From NCBI GenBank assembly GCA_964057225.1, contig OZ059899.1, positions 8,680,001 to 8,744,000 of the forward strand: a DNA stretch of 64,000 nt. Direction: 5' to 3'. The translations under genes were made by a program, and so were the position numbers. Each line of letters starts with the position of its first letter. Positions within the stretch are counted from its first letter, which is position 1. Shown piece by piece: positions 55,501-64,000 of the stretch. Under the pieces are notes generated by a model. That model was given only the letters and a program-made list of their open reading frames with translations, searched no databases and was not told the origin of the DNA. The stretch is from Auanema rhodensis. Taxonomy: Eukaryota > Animalia > Nematoda.

Positions 55501-55951
55501 AACAATTGATATAATTTTAAAAAAAATGAAGTAAGCGAGAGAGAGAGAGAAAGAGAGAGCGATAGAGAGAGAAAGAAAAAGAGGAGCTATGATGTTGATA
55601 TGTGTTATGTACTTATCAATTGCATCTCTAAATTACGCAAAACGAACTTTAGAGTTGTTCGGAATATTTGGAATGTTTAAATTGCAATTTCAATATTATT
55701 TAGGAAAATAATATATTAGATGGTCCAATGAAACGTATCCCCTATTAGTTTTTTTTTTTTAAAAATAATGTTAATTTTTCAAAAATTCAAAAAAAAACGA
55801 AAATAAAATATAAATATATTTAAAAGAATACAAAATAATATTTTAAAATAATCTCAGCTCATCTGTTTGAAAAACTTCTTTGGTTTGCTCACTTTTTTCG
55901 TTTTGTTCATAATGGATGTAACTTATATGCGCCACCTCCTTCTTTTTAAGG

Positions 55952-56977
55952 ATGATGTCTGCCATTGAAGCTAAAGATGAGCTCAGAAATGGGAGCATAT
56001 CGTTGTTTCATGACAACGGTTGGGGAGTTTTACGTTTTTTAAGGCTACATAAGGAGATATGGCTACATTTCAATTGAATAACCTAATATTAATAATAAAT
56101 ATTATTTCATAGTTAATACTTAAAGTTATTTAAAATTTTATTCAATATCTATGTATGTATCATATGTTATTCTGTATATGTATAGTTAGTGTAATAAATC
56201 TTCTTTTTTCTTTTTTTTTTAAATTTAATAATTATTGTCTTCATATCAAATAAATATATATAATAAGCATTATATATATATAATATAAATATTTAATAAA
56301 AAAAACAATATTTTTAACATTTTTAACATTTTTTTCTTTAAAATTAACAAAAGATTTTAAAATTAGTGAATTAGAAATTGTAAATAAAATAAAAAATTTG
56401 TTTTAATGATTATGAATCATTTTACAATTTTATATAATAAAATCATTATTTTTTTCTTATAATAGAGCTTTTATTATATTTTTTAAAATAAATTATTTAT
56501 TTTATTTTTGTACTATTAATGAAATAAAATAATAGTATGAGATATAAATGTATCTTTCAATGAGAATGTTAATGATTTTTGATACCTAAGCACATCTGCG
56601 GTCGTCGTCGTTATCGACACCACAAATTCAAAGAAGAAGAGAAGGTACATACATATACATCGTTCGCTCTTTTCTGAAATGAGATGTTTCAAAAAGTTTT
56701 GTTCCGGCTTCCGAAATAGCTTCATATACTTGGCCTTCAGTTTGAAATTAACTTCAAACAACATTGTATCATTTCATCTTACTTCTATCAGCTGAAGCAT
56801 CAAAGTATTAATTGCCGTTCAATGAATTCTCAATCTGATTCTGTTTCGACTTGTCCTTCAGTTCAGCTCAAGCGCTTCATAGGGTCAGCCCGAAAGATGA
56901 GCGAAACCATATCACGTGGTTTAACAACTATTTTCTATCGGTCAACGTCATCAAACAGCTCAAGGTTACTCATATAG
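55952..56977 (+). CDS. Small Ser/Arg-rich protein of unknown function (core exons; 5' end uncertain)
   Basis: Four GC-richer exons with matching phases: 55952-56018 (MMSAIEAKDELRNGSISLFHDN), 56591-56644 (AHLRSSSLSTPQIQRRRE), 56684-56739 (DVSKSFVPASEIASYTWPS), 56792-56977 (LKHQSINCRSMNSQSDSVSTCPSVQLKRFIGSARKMSETISRGLTTIFYRSTSSNSSRLLI*). Confidence 0.6.
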
Positions 56978-57143
56978 TTAGCGTGATTCCGGGAAGTTCT
57001 TAAATTCTTTTTTTTCCCAGAAAACAATATTCCTGCATACTGTATGTACATACGTATTATGAACACTGACTATTAGCTTAGAATGTTTAAAAAATCAAAT
57101 TGTAGTTTCCAAATTCATGAGGAATGATCTAGATTCTGAAAGA

Positions 57144-60100
57144 TCAGAGAAAGACTCTCTGTTCTTGTTGTTGATGTTACCTATAATTCAAATTATAAAT
57201 TTTAAAAAATTATAATATCAATTTATTAATTTATTAATGAAAAAATACAATTATTATTAAAATACAAATATGAATTTTGGTTTTTATAACGGAAGATCAA
57301 ATGAAACATTGAAAATGCTTATAGCTTAATACAACAAAATATTATACAAAATAATTCCTAAATAATATTAAATATTTAGGTAATTTTATTAAAAAAAAAA
57401 GATTGAAGAAAACAAATAATAAATTCTGAGAAATATTATTTATTATTAAAGAATTATTATTGTATTATTAGCTAAATAGATTAAAAATAGAATTTGTTAC
57501 CATTTTTTAAATCAAAATCGTTATTAACTTCATTTTCTTCTAATGTTTTTTTGGCTGAGGTCATCGGAGGACCAAAAAATTGTACATCACTATTAGGTGA
57601 TCGAACAGTTACAATAGGTCCATCCCGGCTTTGCGATGATAAAATTGCTGAAATATTTTGTTATTACATTATAATTAATTATAATTAATATTGTAATACT
57701 AACGAAATGGTATGACACCAGAAGGTGTTTTTGTGATTACAGGAAATCCAGCTCCTTCAGCATTATCAGCGACTACAATATGGAGATGAGATTGTTAAGC
57801 TTATATCTAATCTATATCTTAGTACCTTCTTGATCTTTAACAAATTTTTCAAGTGCGGTATTGAATTCATTATTATTATTTGGTACACATGGCTCTGTCT
57901 GTAATAATTTAAAATAATTAAAACAATATGATATAAGTAAAAGTATTTGATAAATGCATGATTCAAACATTGAATATATCATACATCATTTTACTATTGT
58001 TATAGTTAAGATTTATAAATAAACCTGTATTCTGTCATCATCACAATCTGTGCATACACGATCTCTCTCTCTTATACCAGAAGAAGGATCACATGTAGTC
58101 CATTCGCTCCATTCGGATTCAACTGAGGCATGACCCACATTAAGCACTAAACGAACAGTTAATAAAGTAGATTTAACTATATTATAGATATACTACATAT
58201 ATAGAGATATTCATTACATACATTTTGGCTTTACTATTGTAATTGCTTGATTTTTGTTAGGATTCTGTAAAAGAATAGCTGAACCATCAACTATAGAAGT
58301 AATCGATTGTGTTGCTGTAATTTGATATATAAATTGTTGAAAAAAATTAAAAAATTACACAAAAATACATATATACTAATACTATACTATCTATATCTAT
58401 ATCAATATATATATATATTTATGTTTTTAAATATATTATATATACCTGGATTCATTTTTAATGAAGGCAATGGTAGAGTAGCACAAGGTGATAACTCAAT
58501 ATAATCAACTTTATATCTTTAATAGAATAATTTGTTTTTAAATTTTATAAAAAACTTACTTTAATTCGGGTACAAAATATTCTGGACGAGAATTACGTGT
58601 ATGAATATTCAAAATGCAATTACTTGTAGGAACATCAATGTAATGAAGAATTGAGCGACAATCTAATTGCCTATTCTATAATTTATAATAATTATATATA
58701 AATATATAAGTTATTTATTAGTTATATACCTTAGCTTCTATACATTCACGAATACATTCAAGCTGACTAGCTGATGTAACTATCTCAGCTGCATGTCCTA
58801 GCAGGATATGTTGCGGTACTCGTCGGAATACATCATCACATGATAATGGTAAGATTTTTTCTAAAAACTCATAAGTTATGTTTATTCGTTTATGGTATTT
58901 ATTCTCAGTTTTAACCTGCAACACATATTTTTTCCATGTATAGAACATTATAATCAGGCCGATATTCCAAATAGCCATTGGGGTTCAACGAGTCGTGAAA
59001 TAGCGAACATGTAGATGTAACACGATTGAAAGCCGATGAACGGCAAAGTAAAGGAAGACGTCGACCATCCGGATACTAAACAGAACATTTTCTTTTATTG
59101 AATTACATATGTTTTCATATTTCATGTAATGTTTTGCTTTCCGTTAACAACTTACAGTACTTGCCCGACATGTTTCTATGCATTTTTCAGGTGAAGTTGT
59201 TGTAATTACAACTGAAGCTGGAGTAGCAACCTGAAACATACTTGTATAATTAAGGATTTAATTTCAATTGATTCTAATGTTGAAAGAAATTATTACATCA
59301 ACACCATCAATTATTTGAACTCTAGCTCTTTCTCCTATTGGACAATCTGGGACAATGGGTAAAACCTAGAACAAGCATCAGTGTATGCTTTACATGACAG
59401 AGGACATTAGATTATACCTCAACTCCTTGAAAAGGATTTTTTGGTGGAGCTTCAGGTTCTTCTGTCATCATTTGCTTCTTTATTTGTTGAATTAAGAGTT
59501 GTGGAATAGGTTTATGATGACGAACATCAGTTGAATCCTAAATATTTAATTATATTATTTAAAATATATATAATAGAAGTTTAAAATACAAACCATAGGA
59601 ACAAGACATGTAATATTAGGAATCAAATGTACTGAACCTATACTTCTCTGAATAGTAGGATAACAACTAAAAATTATTAATTCAATACATGTATATGATA
59701 TGTGTTATCTTACTCTATTTCTTGTTGATTAATAGGTATACTTCTCTTCTTATATTTACCAATATTATTTATTTCTATATTATATGTATAATTATATATA
59801 AAATATTATATAAATTATTACCATATTGTTCAAATGGTGATGCAATGTTGAAAAGTTCACAGTTTTTCCGATAATAGTCATATTGAGCTGATAAACAATC
59901 GGCTGGCTGTGATAAACAATATTGTTGACATTCTGCTAGAGAAAGTTGTGGTCTTTAATGAAATAATTAAGTTTAAGAATTATAAACTTTAATAAAAACC
60001 TTTTGGCTATTGGTGTAGCACATTTCAATCGAAAATTTTTGTGAAGTTGGAAGCAATTACGATGAGCTATAACAGCTTTACAGTAATCAAAATATATTTC

Positions 60101-60221
60101 TTATACAAATATATTTTTGATATTTTAACTCACCGATTGTAGATGGCAGATATATTAGTGAAAAGATGATAGAAAATATAAAATTTAATCGAATAACTGT
60201 CTCCAGAATTTGCTTCATCAT
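57144..60221 (-). CDS. Secreted protein with three PAN/Apple domains and a TSP1-like repeat
   Basis: About 18 short exons. Signal-like N-terminus; PAN patterns LSLAECQQYC..DCLSAQY..NCELF, SPEKCIETC..CRSSAF..TCSLF, SQLECIRECI..CRSILH..NCILN; TSP1-like SEWSEWTTC..RERDRVC. The last exon is probably 57180-57144 (GNINNKNRESFL*); an unspliced alternative stop lies at 57481. Confidence 0.9.
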
Positions 60222-60710
60222 GTAATATTCAAATAGTTAATAGATTAGTTTTCTTCGTTACTGAAAACAACGAAAGAAAATAATTTAGAGAGGAAGTTCA
60301 AGAGAGGGAACGCCAGAATATGAATGAGAAAATTCAACTAGAATCTCACAAAAATCACAAAATGATGTGATGAAATATGAAAGAGATAGCTTTATTAGGT
60401 CAAACCAAATGGTACTGAGCGGATCAGTAGCCCGGATTACGGTCGATATGCCCTGTTGGTCATCGCCGGAAGCTGATTTTCAAACTCATTCGAGGCAGAC
60501 CGGATGTAATAATAAGGAGAATTATTGAAAAGAGAGCAAGATTGATTGAAATCGAGCCAATTGAGGAGATTATGAATTTACTACTTAAAATGAAAGTGAG
60601 TTTAAAAGATCAGAGTTCTTGATGGGTAATTCAAATAGTTGATTTCAAAAAAAAAATTAAATATAACTAAGGGAATACTAAAATAAATTTTATTTATTAA
60701 TTAAAATATA

Positions 60711-60741
<31 letters not shown>

Positions 60742-62526
60742 ATAATATATATAACTATATTCACTTTAAAAGTTTAAAATATTTTGGTAGAAATAATCAC
60801 AATTGACCTCATATATTCTAGTTCTGCTTAATCCTCTGAAAACTAGCTTAGTTTTAGCTCAAATATAGATTTTAGAAAATATTTCTCTCAATTTTTATTT
60901 AAGAAAATTCATATACATATCATATAATCTTTATGGAAAAAAATATGGTGGTAGATTATATAAACAATTGTTTTGACAATATTTTTACAATAACAAGGTT
61001 TTTCAAAGGTTCAAAGTAGAAATTTCAATTGTTTGTTGTTTGTTGTTTATATACATGAAATCTATTTATAGTTAAGACATTATGATTCTTCTAATCATAT
61101 TATCATTAATATCTTCATCAATATTTCTTTTTTTTTATAAAATTTAAGCTTAAAAAGTTTCATTTTCAATCAATAAACCAGAGCATATTTGTTTACTGCT
61201 ACTTAGTAATTAAAGGTTCGCAAGTTGTTTAAACAAATTAATCTTTAATTATCCTTTTTTAACTTTTCAACAGCTTAGTAAGTTATAATAAAACCTGAAA
61301 AGAAAAAGTGAAACTGGCAGTTTTTGAACCGTTTATAAGACCCCTTAGGGAGTTTCTTTGCGTACTAAATGAAAGTCATGATGATGCATAACTAGCGATT
61401 TTTCTTTCAGCTAACATACTTCTCGATATGTCAGATAAGGAACATTTTTTTTTCCTGAGATTGTTTCGAAAATTCTTGCTTATTCTCGTTTTTTTTTGAC
61501 AAAATTTTCAGTTTGAAAAACCTTATATAGTTTAAGATATCTAATCTTATAATATCATTTCAAAGTATTTTTATTTCATAGTATATGATATTCATGAAAC
61601 ACAAAAATAACAAACAAAAAGAAGGATAGAAAATATTATAATAATATATTATTTATATTAACTATACATATTTCTTAATTATAATTATATAAATCAAAAT
61701 AATTTTATTATACAATGTTCTTTTTGTATTTTGTGTACATATGCAGTGTCGAAGAGCGATAAGAACAGGTTCTCAACAAACCCTACAACAAGCAAATCAT
61801 TTCTTCCATCTTCGGTTTTTTTCGTTTTGACACTCAATTTCTAATCACTTTTTACTATATGTTTCTAAATTTTTAACGAAAATGGTGCTTTTGCCCTTCT
61901 TGTATCATTCATTTTTAATAATTTCTAATTTTCATTTCTTCATGCATGCATGAACCTTCTTTCTTTTTTTTTATTTAAAAAAAAGTTTTGCTGTTTTAAG
62001 CTTAAGAAACAAATGTCTTTCTTTCTTCACTAAATTGTGCTAAACGTTATAAGAGAGCATATCTGAAGATTATTAATCGACATTCTTTGTTTATAAAGTC
62101 TCTCATCTATTAACCACTTTTTCGTGCATTTCCCTCCATTGGGAATTCATTTTGACGTATCTTTCGAACCTTTCCATCTTGAATGAACTTAAGATCGAAA
62201 GTATGAAATTTCCTAGTTATACATAGATGAATACATATATCCATATATACATTCAGGTATTAGCCATTAAATCCTTGGCAACAAAATATTTTATACAGAT
62301 GTTTCACTAACTACTTTCTTCAACTAGTATTCTACCACAATCTAGCTATTGATCGTGTTTTCTTTAAGTATTTCATTTATTATTACTTTTCTTTCAATCA
62401 TATAGTTGATATTTTCTTTTTTTAAGAGATTTTAAGAGAGATGCTTATTTCAGATTTTATACAAAATTCAAAAATTCTTTTAATGTAATTCTTGAACAGA
62501 CATCAATTATTTGAAATTCCGTCAAT

Positions 62527-64000
62527 ATGTTAACATATTTTCTGGTAATCGTTTCACATTATATATAAATTTCTTTTAAACATTTATTTCTGTCATTACG
62601 TAATAATTAAAAAACGTTTTTCAAAGCTTTATCTAAGCTTGTTATTCATTCTTATTCATCAACTATAATGTCACCAAGTATAATTCAAAGTTAATGCAAG
62701 ATAGATAGAAACATCAAGATGATTTATATAAACATAACTATAAATTTATTTATTTATATTAAGATTTTCATTATTTCAACTAATGCATTACGTGTATATG
62801 ATGCCATACCAGGTATGATAATTGAAAATAATTTGAAATCGATGTACAAAGAATCAGGTTGTTTCAAAAAATAAAATTTAAATTTAAATATTATTTAAAG
62901 GTCCATATGTTAAAGAAAAGATATGTGATGATGAAGAATGTTATGTTATATATGATATATTTGGATTTATTGGATATGAGTAAGATCTTATAATTAATTA
63001 TTTCAATATTATTTTAAAATCTTTTCAGACCATGCTTTATACGAGTTTTTGGTTTAGATTTCTCATTTAATTTAGGATATTCAGTAGCATTATTAGAAAC
63101 ACCTAAAGGTATTATATTTATAATTATATTAAATTTTTATTATTATTATTGAAAAATATTTTAAATTTTCAAAAAATATATAGATTTGTTTTAAATTTAA
63201 TGGTTTACGTTCATGACAATCTAGAAATTCTCAAAACTTTTCCTTAATAGTTAATAAATAAATTTATTTCTTAGTCTTCAATCAACAATTTTATAATACA
63301 TCATTATGGATGCCTAATAAAGCTAAAATTGACTATGATACATATCCTCCTGCAATATGTGGTAATGAAAGATTTTGTTATAAATTAAATATTTTGAATT
63401 AAGATGCTTTTTTCTGGAGTGGAGCTATACCACGATATTCTCTCAATAAAACTTATGACATTGTTATAGTTGGTTTAGGTGGTGGCGATTTTTCTAATTT
63501 TTATGATGTAACATATCCTCATGTAAGTTTTATATTAATTATTTAAATAAATTATAAATTTAGTTAAATATATCTGTGGTTGAAATAAGTGAAACTGTAA
63601 CACAAATTGCAAAAAAATGGTTTAATGTCACTGAATCAGATAGATATCGTATAATTGTGGAAGATGGAGTTTCATTTTTTGAACAACAATTACAAGAAGG
63701 TAGAGGTTTTTTCTCTTTTTCGTTTATTTGTGATTTATATTTATATTTCAAACATAATATGTATATAGGCAAAAAATATGATGGAATTCTGTTAGATGCA
63801 ACATATTCATCGATGAATGCTCGATATGTATCACCAGTTGCTGAGTTTTTGGATCCAATTACCATACAAATGTTAGCAAATGTTATTCATCAAGAAGGTA
63901 TATATATTAATAATTATTTCCATATTTATTTATAAATTAACTATTTTCTAGGAGTTTTAGTGAGCAATGTAGTCATTGGATCATTTGAAACAAATCCAAC
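62527..64000 (+). CDS. SAM-dependent methyltransferase-like protein (spermidine synthase/METTL13 C-terminal-like fold); 3' end lies outside the window
   Basis: Phase-compatible exons encode DIVIVGLGGG (motif I), LNISVVEI (motif II), IAKKWF, IIVEDGVSF, KYDGILLDA, EGVLVSN. The probable first exon ATGTTAACATATTTTCTG|GT at 62527 gives MLTYFL-IFIISTNA; the start is less certain than the body. Confidence 0.88.

Overview
AT-rich eukaryotic DNA from a nematode, probably a rhabditid: many 35-60 nt introns, TTTCAG/TTTAG-type acceptors, a cuticle collagen, and (GA)n/(TA)n microsatellites. The ORF track is mostly noise because the genes are highly fragmented, so the models below were spliced by hand with phase checks. 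In order: (1) a let-7-family (mir-84-like) microRNA hairpin at ~4.0 kb, with an upstream cluster of AGTTCA nuclear-receptor half-sites and a complementary site to its own mature sequence ~1 kb downstream; (2) an 11-exon neuropeptide-type class A GPCR (-) whose first intron is GC-AG; (3) a 17-exon membrane-anchored type-B carboxylesterase (+); (4) a ~9.4 kb gene (-) with an ERICH3-like N-terminus, a ~75-copy Ser-Pro heptad array and candidate alternative exons; (5) tRNA-Leu(TAG); (6) a small 4-TM protein; (7) a cuticle collagen; (8) a small Ser-rich orphan gene absent from the ORF track, convergent with (9) a secreted PAN/Apple + TSP1-like protein; (10) the 5' part of a signal-peptide-bearing SAM methyltransferase-like gene. 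The best candidate for an undescribed system is the miRNA locus: possible hormone-receptor input plus a self-target site in its putative primary transcript. Family assignments come from motif recognition and memory; no database searches were run.
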